DNA of 64,000 nt. Origin: an uncultured delta proteobacterium (GTDB lineage: Bacteria; Desulfobacterota; Binatia; UBA9968). The notes beneath the pieces are model-generated. The model was not told the DNA's origin. It worked only from the letters and a program-made list of their open reading frames with translations, and made no database searches. The stretch spans positions 64,001 through 128,000 of the forward strand of contig CAWFJP010000011.1 in the NCBI GenBank assembly GCA_963816145.1, read 5' to 3'. Positions within the stretch are counted from its first letter, which is position 1; each line of letters starts with the position of its first letter. A program made the translations under genes and the position numbers. Of the stretch, positions 37,360-46,996 are shown one piece after another.

Positions 37360-39705
37360 TTACGATTTGCGGTCTGCCAACGCAAGAAAAATCTTTTCCG
37401 CTTTGATCGGCAGATCTCTAATGCGCACACCGACGGCATCGTAGATCGCGTTGGCGATGGCGGGGGCGACTGGGATCAACGCGCTTTCGCCGATGCCTTT
37501 GGCGCCGAACGGACCGTTACGATCCGGCACTTCGACGGCGATCGAATCGATCACCGGCGGCATATCGCCGAGCGAAGGTAAGACGTAATCGACTAAGTTT
37601 GGATTAATCAATTGGCCATTGTCATAGGCGATCTCTTCGAACATCGCCTGACCCATGCCGGTGATCGCCGCGCCGGCGAGCTGCTGGCGGCAGCCCAGCG
37701 GGTTGAGCGCCTTGCCGACATCGACGGCGCTGGCGTACTTCAACAATTTGAATTTACCGGTGTCGACATCCACCTCGACTTCAGCGGCACCGGCGGCGAG
37801 AAACCAGAAGGCCGATGTGATCTTCTCGTCGAACTCGTCTTTGGTGGAAGTTTTTACTTGTCCTTCGCCGACCAAAGTCCCGCCTTGCATGCCGAAGCGT
37901 TTGAACATGGCCTCGGCGTAGTCGAGCTGGGTTTCCGGCAAGCGAATCTTGCCGTCGGCGAAGCTGACCTTGTCTCCCGGCACGCCATATTCTTTGACGA
38001 CAATCTGCTTGAGCTGGCGCTTGATATCTTGGGCCGCCAGCTGCACCGCCTTGCCCATGTGAAAAGTCGAGCGGCTCGACGAGGTCGTCAAATCGTACGG
38101 CACCACGTCGGTATCGACGCCGAGAACCTGAATGGTCGGCATGGGAATGCCCAATTCCTTGCCGGCGATCTGCGCGAGCACGGTTTCCGATCCCTGCCCC
38201 ATCTCCACGGTACCGGTATAGATAGATAGGCTCGCATCCTCGTTCAACTTCACCACTGCACAGGAAATCGACGGCGTGATCGTCGCCTTGATCATGCAAG
38301 CGAGACCCTTACCGCGCCGCAGATTGTCCGGCGTTGAACCCTTCGACGGGCTCAGTGCAGGCTCTTGAACCTTTGAACCCTTAAACGTTTTCGTCTCCCA
38401 CCCGATAGATTTCGCCACCTCGTCGATACACTCCTTCAAACCGACCGCGCGCAGCGTCTCTTCGGTAACGAACTTGTCGCCCTCGTTGTAGCCGTTCTGC
38501 TTGCGCAGCTCGACCGGGTCCATCTTGAGCGCCGCGGCGATGATGTCCATCTGCGACTCCACGGCCCAGGCGGACTGTGACACACCAAAGCCGCGGAAAG
38601 CCCCCGCCGGCGGTTTATTGGTATAGACCGAGTAGGAGTCGATTTTTAGGTTGGGAATCTTGTACGGTCCCGCCGCCGTGTAGCCGGATTTTTTCGCCAC
38701 CCGCGGGCCGATCTCGGCATAGGCGCCGGTATCGAGATGGATTTCGCACTCGCGCGCGATCAGCGTGCCGTCCTTTTTGACGCCGGTTTTCATGCGGATC
38801 ACCGCCGCATGCTTGGTGATCGTGTAAAAAACTTCTTCACGGGAAAGCACCAGCCGCACCGGCCGGCCGGCTTTCTGCGACAACGCAACCGTAATCGGCT
38901 CGACCTTCGGGTAGACCTTGCCGCCGTAGCCGCCGCCGAGGTAAGGCACGATCACGCGAACTTTTGCCACCGGAACTTTGAAGATATTGGCCAACTGAGT
39001 GCGCACGACGAACGGATTCTGCGTCGTCGCCCAGACCGTGATCCGTCCACCGGGCTCCACCGAAGCGATGCAGGCGTGGGTTTCGAGAAAACTATGCTGC
39101 GTCGCCGGCAGCGTGAAGGTGTCTTCGAAAACCTGATCCGCTCCGGCGAAGCCCTTATCGATGTCACCGCGATTGAGACGGAAGTGGGTGCATAGGTTGG
39201 TCCCTTCGATCGGTTTGATCTCGGCTAGATCGGCGAAACCGGAAGCCGGCAGCTTGACCGAATCATGTACCAACATCGCGCCGCTCTTGAGCGCATCGCC
39301 GATGTTGAGAACCGCCGGTAGTTCTTCGTAATCGACTTCGATCAATTTCACAGCCGCTTCGGCGACGTCGATCGTCAATGCCGCCACCGCCGCCACCGGA
39401 TCGCCGACATGACGCACTTTTTCGGTCGCGACGATGGTCTGGTCTTTGAACACCGGCCCATAAAACGGCTCGATGCCTTCATCGTGCAAGATGTCATCCC
39501 GGGTCAGCACCGCCATCACGCCGGGAACTTTCGCCGCCTTCGAAGCATCGACACGGACGATCCGCGCATGCGGATAAGGACTGCGAAGAATCTTCCCATG
39601 CAGCATGCCCGGCACGGTCATGTCGGCCAAGTACTGCGCCCGCCCCGTCACTTTGGTTTCATAATCCAAACGGCGAAAGGTTTTGCCGATGTCTGCTAGT
39701 TCCAT
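37360..39705 (-). CDS. Xanthine dehydrogenase family molybdopterin-binding (large) subunit
   Basis: KVTGRA.Y, RSPYPHA, GGGYGGK, AFRGFG, EMGQG and GAKGIGE motifs. Confidence 0.92.
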   Translation of the reverse strand: MELADIGKTFRRLDYETKVTGRAQYLADMTVPGMLHGKILRSPYPHARIVRVDASKAAKVPGVMAVLTRDDILHDEGIEPFYGPVFKDQTIVATEKVRHVGDPVAAVAALTIDVAEAAVKLIEVDYEELPAVLNIGDALKSGAMLVHDSVKLPASGFADLAEIKPIEGTNLCTHFRLNRGDIDKGFAGADQVFEDTFTLPATQHSFLETHACIASVEPGGRITVWATTQNPFVVRTQLANIFKVPVAKVRVIVPYLGGGYGGKVYPKVEPITVALSQKAGRPVRLVLSREEVFYTITKHAAVIRMKTGVKKDGTLIARECEIHLDTGAYAEIGPRVAKKSGYTAAGPYKIPNLKIDSYSVYTNKPPAGAFRGFGVSQSAWAVESQMDIIAAALKMDPVELRKQNGYNEGDKFVTEETLRAVGLKECIDEVAKSIGWETKTFKGSKVQEPALSPSKGSTPDNLRRGKGLACMIKATITPSISCAVVKLNEDASLSIYTGTVEMGQGSETVLAQIAGKELGIPMPTIQVLGVDTDVVPYDLTTSSSRSTFHMGKAVQLAAQDIKRQLKQIVVKEYGVPGDKVSFADGKIRLPETQLDYAEAMFKRFGMQGGTLVGEGQVKTSTKDEFDEKITSAFWFLAAGAAEVEVDVDTGKFKLLKYASAVDVGKALNPLGCRQQLAGAAITGMGQAMFEEIAYDNGQLINPNLVDYVLPSLGDMPPVIDSIAVEVPDRNGPFGAKGIGESALIPVAPAIANAIYDAVGVRIRDLPIKAEKIFLALADRKS
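38334..38388. repeat. In-frame repeat insertion in the Mo subunit (TTGAACCT octamers plus REP-like CCTTCGACGGGCTCAG)
   Basis: ttgaacc-[cttcgacgggctcagtgcagg]-ctc-ttgaacct-ttgaaccc-ttaaacgt, encoding TFKGSKVQEPALSPSKGS. Confidence 0.7.
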
Positions 39706-39729
39706 GGTATTGTCTCGTATACTGACTGC

Positions 39730-39800
39730 CGTAAGGGCTAAAGGGTGAGGGGTTAGGGGTTTTCTGGAACCCCCTAACCCCTTACGCTTCACCCCTAACG
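39730..39800. repeat. Heptamer-periodic inverted repeat (GGTTAGG / CCCTAAC)
   Basis: cgtaagg-gctaaag-ggtgagg-ggttagg ... ccctaac-cccttac-gcttcac-ccctaac; right arm overlaps the last codons of the 2Fe-2S gene. Confidence 0.8.
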
Positions 39801-40246
39801 TTCTTAATCGCTTGCACTATCTCCTGATAACAACCGCAGCGACAGAAGTTGCCGGCTAAGTAATCGCGAATCTGCTCATCGGATGGATGCGGCGTTTCGT
39901 CGAGCAGCGCCTTTGCGGTGAGAATGAATCCCGACGTGCAATAACCGCACTGCAACGCGCCGAACTCCATGAACGCTTCCTGAAGCGGATGGAGCCTGTC
40001 CTTAGAGCTCAATCCTTCGATGGTCTCGATTGCACAACCGTCCACGTCCAAGGCCAGCATCGAGCAAGCGCTCACCGGCTTGCCTTCCACCAACAACGTG
40101 CAAGCGCCGCACACTTGAATGTCACAGCCCAGCTTGGCGCCAGTCAGGCCGAACTCCTCCCGCACCAAGTCCAGCAGCGTCATGCGTGCTTCGACTTCGA
40201 CGCTACGCTCGTTACCGTTAATAATCAGTGAAATTGTTGTCTTCAT
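39782..40246 (-). CDS. Xanthine dehydrogenase family (2Fe-2S) small subunit
   Basis: GCDIQVCGAC, QCGYCTSG and NFCRCG motifs. Confidence 0.93.
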   Translation of the reverse strand: MKTTISLIINGNERSVEVEARMTLLDLVREEFGLTGAKLGCDIQVCGACTLLVEGKPVSACSMLALDVDGCAIETIEGLSSKDRLHPLQEAFMEFGALQCGYCTSGFILTAKALLDETPHPSDEQIRDYLAGNFCRCGCYQEIVQAIKNVRGEA

Positions 40247-40328
40247 AAGGCAGAAGCAAAGGGTCTTGTAGCTTTCACACTTCAGGACAGGTCAACATTT
40301 GAACGTGCGAGGCGTTTTCGATTAGCGA

Positions 40329-40661
40329 TCAGCGCTGTACGATGTCCACGATTTTTCGAATTACCTCACGCAGCTTCACAGTTGCAAGCTGACCGGCTTT
40401 GTAGAGGACAATGCGCTGGTCCGCGGTAAAAAGACGATTTGGTCTGATATTGCTCTTTTGCCTTAGACCCCCGACGGCGAAGTCCTTATCTACGAGAGCT
40501 ATCGCATACTTGTCTCTAACAGCCTGACTGGTAATCTGGCAAAGTACGAGGTCGTCTCCTTCGAGAACCGCCACCACCAAGGCGGGACGCCTCTTGGCCT
40601 GTGATAAATCCGAAAACGGAAACGGGACGACAACGACATCGCCCTTTACAAATGTTGCCAA
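40329..40661 (-). CDS. PemK/MazF family endoribonuclease toxin
   Basis: KGDVVVVPFPFSD..AKRRPALV, LCQITS; TTG start overlaps the antitoxin 3' end. Confidence 0.88.
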   Translation of the reverse strand: MATFVKGDVVVVPFPFSDLSQAKRRPALVVAVLEGDDLVLCQITSQAVRDKYAIALVDKDFAVGGLRQKSNIRPNRLFTADQRIVLYKAGQLATVKLREVIRKIVDIVQR

Positions 40662-40840
40662 GCTTTGTCTTCCTCTGGACTCAGCCAATCTTTTTTCAGC
40701 GACGATTCGCTGAGTAAGCTAGTGTCTAACTTTTCCTCAGCGCACTTGCTCTTTAGAAATCGCACAAAGTCCAGCACCTCTTCGAGCAACGGCTCTGGTA
40801 CTTGGGCAATCTCTTTAGCGATCAATTGTTTCCTGTTCAT
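40646..40840 (-). CDS. DUF2281-like putative antitoxin
   Basis: 64 aa; EVLDFVRFLK...SE.SLKKDWLSPEEDKAW; GGAGG RBS; overlaps the toxin. Confidence 0.8.
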   Translation of the reverse strand: MNRKQLIAKEIAQVPEPLLEEVLDFVRFLKSKCAEEKLDTSLLSESSLKKDWLSPEEDKAWQHL

Positions 40841-40998
40841 CGTTTCGCCTCCCAGCGACAGTAAGACGCTACCCATATCCGGAGCAAATTTTGAAAATAG
40901 AGACCGTCGGAGCTTCGGACCATTTCTCCGATTTTGATTCGCATTATGCAAGCAAAAACACCGTTAGTCTTTTTGCCTTCTTCATTTTTACTTTTACC

Positions 40999-41877
40999 CT
41001 ATTTGACCACCCGCTGTGCCTGCTCGTACGCTTTCACCGCGGCGCGCTTCACTAGCGTCTTGACCATCGCACGCTTGTACTGCTCCGAGCCGCGCAGGTC
41101 GCTTGTCGGATTGCACTCCTGCGCTGCAATGCTGCCGGCTTCTAACGCCAAATCGGTGGTCGTCTTTGTGCCGACAATGAATGCTTCGGCCTTGCGCGCG
41201 CGCACCGGCGTCGCGCCGACGCAGCCGAGGACGATGCGAGCGCTGTCTGTCGTGCCATTGGCCTGCAAAGTTACCCGCACCGCAACCCCAGCCGCCGGTT
41301 TATCGACCACCGAGCTGCTGGAAAAACGAATGTAGTCGATACCCGAGCGCAGCGGCAGCGTCGGCAACACGACTTGGGTAAGAATCTCATCTTCGGCCAA
41401 ACTGGTTGTGTAAAAGTCGAGGAATAGTTCCTCGACGGCGATCGTCCGCTGCCCGTTGGGACCGGAAATCTTCACCTTGCCATCCAACGCGATAAATATT
41501 TGCGCCAGATCCGTCAGCGGCTCGCCCGAAGCGAGATTGCCGCCGACCGTGCCCATATTGCGTACTCGAATGTTGGCAACTTCCCTTTCAGCTTCGCAGA
41601 GCACCGGAAATTTCTCGTGCACGAGCGCCGAAGTCTCCAACTCACGGTGTGTCACTAACGCGCCGATAGTCAAACCTTCATCAGCATCGAAGCGAATACC
41701 TTTGATCTCCGCAATCTTTTTGATGTTGACCAGCGTTTTGGGTTCCAACAACCCCTGCTTCATGAGAATTGTCAGATGCGCCCCGCCGGCAAACACCTTC
41801 GCTTCACCGCCATACTGCTTGAGCAGCGCGCAGGCCTCAGCGACCGTCTTGGGTTCGAGGTAATCGAAGTTCTTCAT
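40999..41877 (-). CDS. Xanthine dehydrogenase family FAD-binding (medium) subunit
   Basis: FDYLEP, AGG, IRVRNMGTVGGN and DLRGSEQYK motifs. Confidence 0.92.
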   Translation of the reverse strand: MKNFDYLEPKTVAEACALLKQYGGEAKVFAGGAHLTILMKQGLLEPKTLVNIKKIAEIKGIRFDADEGLTIGALVTHRELETSALVHEKFPVLCEAEREVANIRVRNMGTVGGNLASGEPLTDLAQIFIALDGKVKISGPNGQRTIAVEELFLDFYTTSLAEDEILTQVVLPTLPLRSGIDYIRFSSSSVVDKPAAGVAVRVTLQANGTTDSARIVLGCVGATPVRARKAEAFIVGTKTTTDLALEAGSIAAQECNPTSDLRGSEQYKRAMVKTLVKRAAVKAYEQAQRVVK

Positions 41878-41890
41878 AATTTTCGGATTA

Positions 41891-41974
41891 TCTCCCGCAA
41901 AGACGCGAAGGCGCAAAGATAAGAAAAATAAATATTATTTTCCGAACTTAGCGTCTTTGCGCCTTCGCGGGAGA
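41891..41974. repeat. Octamer-periodic inverted repeat (CGCAAAGA / TCTTTGCG)
   Basis: tctcc-cgcaaaga-cgcgaagg-cgcaaaga ...AT-rich spacer... cttagcg-tctttgcg-ccttcgcg-ggaga. Confidence 0.85.
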
Positions 41975-41991
41975 CATCCTCTTTCCGAGAC

Positions 41992-43338
41992 CTAAATATA
42001 TTTCACCTTATCGACGCCGGGGATCTCGACCTTCTCGAAGCGCCAGTGATCCTTCAACGGCGCGGTGGCGTCGATGCCCATGCCGGCGGTCACCCGCGAC
42101 TCGGGGCATGACGGGTCGAGAGTCGAGCAGGCGATGCGCGGGATCACGATTAAATCCTTGTCCGCCTGAAAGCGCGTCGCCATCGCCCAGTCGACCTGCA
42201 TCGGATCGAAGGGATCGATGTCGTCGTCGACGATGATGACTTGCTTCAAACCGATGCCCATCGATAACAGCGCCAAGATCACATTGCGCCCCTCGTTCTC
42301 CGCGCGCTTTTTGATCGACACCACGACGTGATGGCGGAACGTGCCGCCCGGCGTCATGTTGACCGCTTTGACTTCGGGGACGATTTTTTTCACTTCACGA
42401 TAGACTACGGCGGCGTTGCCGTATTCTATTAGCGTATGATTTTCAGTCACCGGCATGCCGGTGAGCGCGGTCTGCCAGATCGGGTTTTTGCGCATGGTGA
42501 TGGCGGTGACTTTCAATACCGGCGCCTGCTTGGCGTCGCTATAGCAGCCCGGATACTCGCCGTAAGGCCCGTCCGGCACGCGCTCGCCGGGGATCGTCAC
42601 GCCTTCGATGATGACCTCGGCCATCGCCGGCACTTCGACGTCGATGGTTTCGCATTTCACCAGCTTCACCGCTCCGCCGCGCAGTCCGCCGGCGACGTGA
42701 AATTCGTCGATGCCGTAGGGCACCCGCGCCTGCGATGCGACTACGATCGACGGTTCCACACCGACCGCGGTGGCAACCGGCAGGCCTTTGCCGTTTTCCT
42801 CAGCCTTTAAAATCATCCGGCCCAGATGATGGTCCGCCGGCGCCCACAGCGATAGCCTATCCTTGCCTAGTACCAGCATGCGATGAATGGACAGATTGCG
42901 GATGCCGGTATCCGGGTCCTTGCCGATTTGCATGCCGATGGTGATGTAAGGGCCGCAATCCTTGCTCGCATGAGTGACGATCGGCAGCTTGGTGAGATCG
43001 ACTTGATCGCCGGTCCATTTGATTTCCTTGCAGGGTCCAGTGGCGACAATCTCCGGCGGGATGCGTTTGTCTTCCAGGGTCATATAGCGTTCGAGCATCT
43101 CGTCCTGGGGCACACCGAGACCGAGAGCGACTAACTTTCGCGTCGCGAACAAGCCGCCGAGCACGCGCCAGTCGGGATAATTCTTAACGTTCTCGAACAA
43201 TAGCGCCGGCCCTTCGATATCGGAGGTCTTGCGCATTCCCGCGGCAATCTCGTGCTTGACGCTGACCTCGTCTTTGACCAGTTTCAACTGGCCCAAGTCT
43301 TCCAAGTGCGCGAGGAAACCTCTGAGATCATCAAACAT
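41992..43338 (-). CDS. UbiD-family (prFMN-dependent) decarboxylase
   Basis: GPALLFENV, NLSIHR, DGPYGEYPG, VDDDID and WAMATRFQAD motifs. Confidence 0.9.
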   Translation of the reverse strand: MFDDLRGFLAHLEDLGQLKLVKDEVSVKHEIAAGMRKTSDIEGPALLFENVKNYPDWRVLGGLFATRKLVALGLGVPQDEMLERYMTLEDKRIPPEIVATGPCKEIKWTGDQVDLTKLPIVTHASKDCGPYITIGMQIGKDPDTGIRNLSIHRMLVLGKDRLSLWAPADHHLGRMILKAEENGKGLPVATAVGVEPSIVVASQARVPYGIDEFHVAGGLRGGAVKLVKCETIDVEVPAMAEVIIEGVTIPGERVPDGPYGEYPGCYSDAKQAPVLKVTAITMRKNPIWQTALTGMPVTENHTLIEYGNAAVVYREVKKIVPEVKAVNMTPGGTFRHHVVVSIKKRAENEGRNVILALLSMGIGLKQVIIVDDDIDPFDPMQVDWAMATRFQADKDLIVIPRIACSTLDPSCPESRVTAGMGIDATAPLKDHWRFEKVEIPGVDKVKYI

Positions 43339-43365
43339 AGATAAACCTCAAAATAAAATTCCAGA

Positions 43366-43437
43366 TTGGAGTGATGGAGTGTTGGGTCAGAGAATAGCAC
43401 TCCACTTCTCCATCACTCCACTACTCCATCACTCCAG
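43366..43437. repeat. Octamer-periodic inverted repeat (TGGAGTGA / TCACTCCA)
   Basis: ttggagtg-atggagtg-ttggg ... cactccac-ttctccat-cactccac-tactccat-cactccag. Confidence 0.85.
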
Positions 43438-44421
43438 TCAACTCAACCTAAGCAGCGGCAACACTTCGTCGACAAATCGCTGCACCTGCCCCGGTTGGTC
43501 GTTCGAGGTAAAGCGCAACACCGGCGTGGTGATGCCCATGTCGAGCCATTGTTGAATCAGCTCCGCGCAATCTTTCGGCGGTCCATGGGCAAGCCAGACT
43601 TTGATCAAGCTCTCCGGCGGATATGTCGGGCCGTAATAGTGATTGAAATAGTCCTTCGCCTGGCTGTAGGCCGATTCTTTGTCGTCGTTGATGTTGACCA
43701 TGCCATGGATGGCGACTTCAAAGTTGGATAAATCTTTGCCGATCTCCTGCGCCGTCTGCTCAATAATTCTCAGGCGCTTGCCCAATTCTTCAGCAGTGAC
43801 ACCCATGGTGATGTAGCCATCGGCGAGCAGTCCGACCCGGCGCATCGCCTGGTCGACAATCTTGTCACCCACTTGCTCACGGTCGGGACTCACCGCGATC
43901 CAGATCGGCGGCGGTTTTTGCACCGGCTTGGGCACGATGTTGTAGTCTTCGAGAGTGAAATACTTGCCGTGAAACGATGTGTTCTGATCGCTCCAGATCT
44001 GCCGCAAAAGCTCGATTCCCTCGCGCATGCGGCCGACCCGTTCTGCTTTTTTGATGCCAAACGCGCGCAGCTCGCCTTCATGGCCGCCGCCGATACAGAC
44101 ACCGAGCAGCGAACGGCCTTGCGAGAGTTGGTCCAACGACGCCCACTGAATCGCCAACAAAACCGGATGGCGCACCGGGAACGATGCCATACAGATCGTC
44201 CCCAAACGAACTCTTTTGGTATGGGTCGCCACCGCCGCTAGCATGGTAATTGCTTCAAGCCTTGGCTTATGAATTAAACTGTCGCCAAACCACACCGACT
44301 CAAAGACACCGGAGCGCTCGGCCAAGACCGCAGTGTGGATGAGATCCTCGACATCGGTGAGTCCGAACAGCGCGCCGCGATTGGGCAGGCTGATGCCCCA
44401 TTTCACCGGCAGGTTGAGCAT
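43438..44421 (-). CDS. LLM-class flavin-dependent oxidoreductase
   Basis: ESVWFGDS, T.RVRLGT, WASLDQLSQGR and PKPVQKPPPIW motifs. Confidence 0.9.
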   Translation of the reverse strand: MLNLPVKWGISLPNRGALFGLTDVEDLIHTAVLAERSGVFESVWFGDSLIHKPRLEAITMLAAVATHTKRVRLGTICMASFPVRHPVLLAIQWASLDQLSQGRSLLGVCIGGGHEGELRAFGIKKAERVGRMREGIELLRQIWSDQNTSFHGKYFTLEDYNIVPKPVQKPPPIWIAVSPDREQVGDKIVDQAMRRVGLLADGYITMGVTAEELGKRLRIIEQTAQEIGKDLSNFEVAIHGMVNINDDKESAYSQAKDYFNHYYGPTYPPESLIKVWLAHGPPKDCAELIQQWLDMGITTPVLRFTSNDQPGQVQRFVDEVLPLLRLS

Positions 44422-44570
44422 GGTCTTGTGTTAGAAGAACCATCCCGGAGTGTCAAGCCAACTTGACTTGACAGGTCGGTAAATTTGCGAGCATAGGATA
44501 GCGAGCGCGCTCACGAGAAACCATCACGAGTTCGCCGGTAGTCAATTCTAGAAAGCCGAGGTTGATTGTT

Positions 44571-46004
44571 ATGTCAAAGGATCTGCGCAGTTATCTCGAC
44601 GAGTTGTTGGAGAAACGCCCCAAGGACGTCGTCGTTGTCGATAAAGAAGTCGATCCGGTTTACGAAGTCACCGCCATCGTCGAAAAGTTTGAACGTGAGA
44701 ATAAATTCCCCTTGGTATTTTTCAAAAACGTCAAAGGTTCGAAGATCCCGGCGATCGTCAATCTCGGCGCCACCTACGAACGCTTGGCCTTGGCTCTCGG
44801 TTCGCCCAATGTGCCGCAGATGGTGCGCGACCTGGCCCATCGCGAACACCAACCGCTGCCAATCAAAGAGATCGCCGCCAAGGACGCGCCGTGCAAAGAG
44901 GTGATCTTGAAAGGCGATCAAGCCGATTTAGATCTGCTGCCGGTCTTGACCCACAACGAAGGCGACGCCGGCGCCTATGTCAATGCCGCGGCGATGATTT
45001 GTAAAGAACGAGGTAGCGGCGCGGTCAACGTCGGCATCTATCGCCATCAAAAACAGGGCAAGCGGCAGCTCGGATTGATGGTCAATCCGGCCAATCACGC
45101 CAATTACGTGCGCGCCGAATACGAAGATCACAACGAGCCAATGGAGGTCGCGCTCTGCATCGGCCACCATCCGGCGCTCAACATGGCGGCGGTCAGCAAG
45201 CAAGCCGGTGTCGGCTCAGAGCTGGAGATCGCCGGGGCATTTCTCGGCGAGTCCTTGGAAGTCGTCAAAGCGGAAACCGTCGATATCATGGTGCCGGCGC
45301 ACTGCGAGATCATCATTGAAGGGATCGTGCCGCCCAAGAAGCGCCAGTACGAGGGACCTTTCGGCGAATGGCCGCATTACTACTATAAGGAGGGCGAGCA
45401 GCCCTATATTCAAGTCACTGCCATCACGATGAAAAGGAGCCCGATCTACCAGAGCATCCACAGCGCGCATATCGAACACAACATTATCGGCGCCGCGCCA
45501 CGGCTCGGCAGTCTGCTCAAACGGGTGCAAGAAGTCGTGCCCAGCACCACTGCGGTCAACCTGCCGATTTCCGGCGCCGCCCGCTCGCACTGTTATATCT
45601 CTGTCAAAAAACGCGCCGAAGGCGATCCCAAGCAAGCCGCATTGGGCGCCATCGTCACCGATCCGAATATCAAGCATGTCATCGTCGTCGACGACGATGT
45701 CGACGTCTTCAACGAAAACCAGGTGCTCTGGGCGCTGGCCATGCGCTTCCAAGCCGACCGCGACCTGGTGATCATCCCGAACATCATCGGCTCGCACTTG
45801 AACCCCACTGCCTACGGCTACAACCGTCTGGAGCGCGGCCCGATGGAGACGAAACTCATTTTTGACGCGACCAAACCGCTGCCGCCCTATGACTTCCCGA
45901 AAGAAGCCCAGGCGCCCGACGCGGTATTGAACAAGGTCGATCTGAACCGCGACACGCGCCCCTACGAACCGGGCAAGGACGATAGGGCGATCACCGGGAA
46001 ATGA
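44571..46004 (+). CDS. UbiD-family (prFMN-dependent) decarboxylase
   Basis: NVGIYR, EGPFGEW, VDDDVDV and WALAMRFQADRD motifs. Confidence 0.9.
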   Translation: MSKDLRSYLDELLEKRPKDVVVVDKEVDPVYEVTAIVEKFERENKFPLVFFKNVKGSKIPAIVNLGATYERLALALGSPNVPQMVRDLAHREHQPLPIKEIAAKDAPCKEVILKGDQADLDLLPVLTHNEGDAGAYVNAAAMICKERGSGAVNVGIYRHQKQGKRQLGLMVNPANHANYVRAEYEDHNEPMEVALCIGHHPALNMAAVSKQAGVGSELEIAGAFLGESLEVVKAETVDIMVPAHCEIIIEGIVPPKKRQYEGPFGEWPHYYYKEGEQPYIQVTAITMKRSPIYQSIHSAHIEHNIIGAAPRLGSLLKRVQEVVPSTTAVNLPISGAARSHCYISVKKRAEGDPKQAALGAIVTDPNIKHVIVVDDDVDVFNENQVLWALAMRFQADRDLVIIPNIIGSHLNPTAYGYNRLERGPMETKLIFDATKPLPPYDFPKEAQAPDAVLNKVDLNRDTRPYEPGKDDRAITGK

Positions 46005-46017
46005 TTCAGATGAAGAG

Positions 46018-46108
46018 GTTCAAGCCGCTCAAATCGTTCAAGCCGTCTTCGGAGGTTCCGGGTCCGATAACGTTTTGAACGACTTGAACGTTTGGAACGA
46101 TTTGAACG
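46018..46108. repeat. Nonamer-periodic inverted repeat (GTTCAAGCC / CGnTTGAA)
   Basis: gttcaagcc-gctcaaatc-gttcaagcc ... cgttttgaa-cgacttgaa-cgtttggaa-cgatttgaa. Confidence 0.85.
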
Positions 46109-46129
46109 CGAGCCGTTAGGCGAGGACCG

Positions 46130-46987
46130 ATGGTTGAAATCGAGCGGGTCTCGAAAAGCTTTCACAAGACCGTCAAAAACAGCACCACCGAGGTGAAGGC
46201 TCTTGCGGAGGTGAATCTTTCGGTCCGTGCGAACGAGTTTTTGAGCATCATCGGACCGAGCGGCTGCGGCAAAACGACGCTGCTCAAAATGATCGACGGT
46301 CTGATTCCCTACGACAGCGGCAAGATCTCGATTGACGGCAAGCGGATCACCGCCCCCGGTCCGGACCGGGCCGTGGTGTTTCAAACCTTTGCGTTGCTGC
46401 CTTGGCGCACCGTGTTGGCCAATGTCGAGTTCAGTTTGGAGTTGCGCCAGATCAGCGCCCAAGAACGAACCGAGATCGCTCGCGATTGTTTGAAGCGCGT
46501 CGGCCTAGGCGATTTTGAAAATCATTATCCGCACGAACTCTCCGGCGGCATGCAGCAGCGCGCCGGGCTAGCGCGCGCCCTGGCAGTTAACCCGTCGATC
46601 TTGCTGATGGACGAGCCCTTCGGCGCCGTCGATGCGCAAACCCGGCAGCTCTTGCAGGAAGAGTTGCTCGAACTGTGGCAACGCGAGCGCAAGACCGTGA
46701 TCTTCATCACGCACAGCATGGACGAAGCGGTGTATCTTTCCGACCGGGTCGTCGTTATGACGCCGCGTCCTGGCCGAGTTGCCGAAGTCCTTGATGTCCC
46801 CCTGGCCCGGCCGCGCGTCGCCGAAGATGTCCGGCGCGACCCCAAGTTCGTCGAGTTGACCAATTATATTTGGGATAGCCTCAAGAAAGCGATGGAGAAC
46901 GGCCATGCAGAGGGTGAAACTCGTCGTCTTCACGAACCCAACGTTGAATCAGATTCCGCCTCCCGTCGCGGCAGAAAGCTAGGATGA
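46130..46987 (+). CDS. ABC transporter ATP-binding protein (TauB/SsuB/NrtD family)
   Basis: GPSGCGKT, LSGGMQQR, MDEPF and ITH motifs. Confidence 0.93.
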   Translation: MVEIERVSKSFHKTVKNSTTEVKALAEVNLSVRANEFLSIIGPSGCGKTTLLKMIDGLIPYDSGKISIDGKRITAPGPDRAVVFQTFALLPWRTVLANVEFSLELRQISAQERTEIARDCLKRVGLGDFENHYPHELSGGMQQRAGLARALAVNPSILLMDEPFGAVDAQTRQLLQEELLELWQRERKTVIFITHSMDEAVYLSDRVVVMTPRPGRVAEVLDVPLARPRVAEDVRRDPKFVELTNYIWDSLKKAMENGHAEGETRRLHEPNVESDSASRRGRKLG

Positions 46988-46996
46988 GGAGGCTCC

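Noticed and set aside
37360-41877. Aerobic CO dehydrogenase (coxMSL)
   Set aside because: The active-site loop reads AFRGFG, not AYxCSFR (form I) or AYxGAGR (form II); no cox accessory genes.
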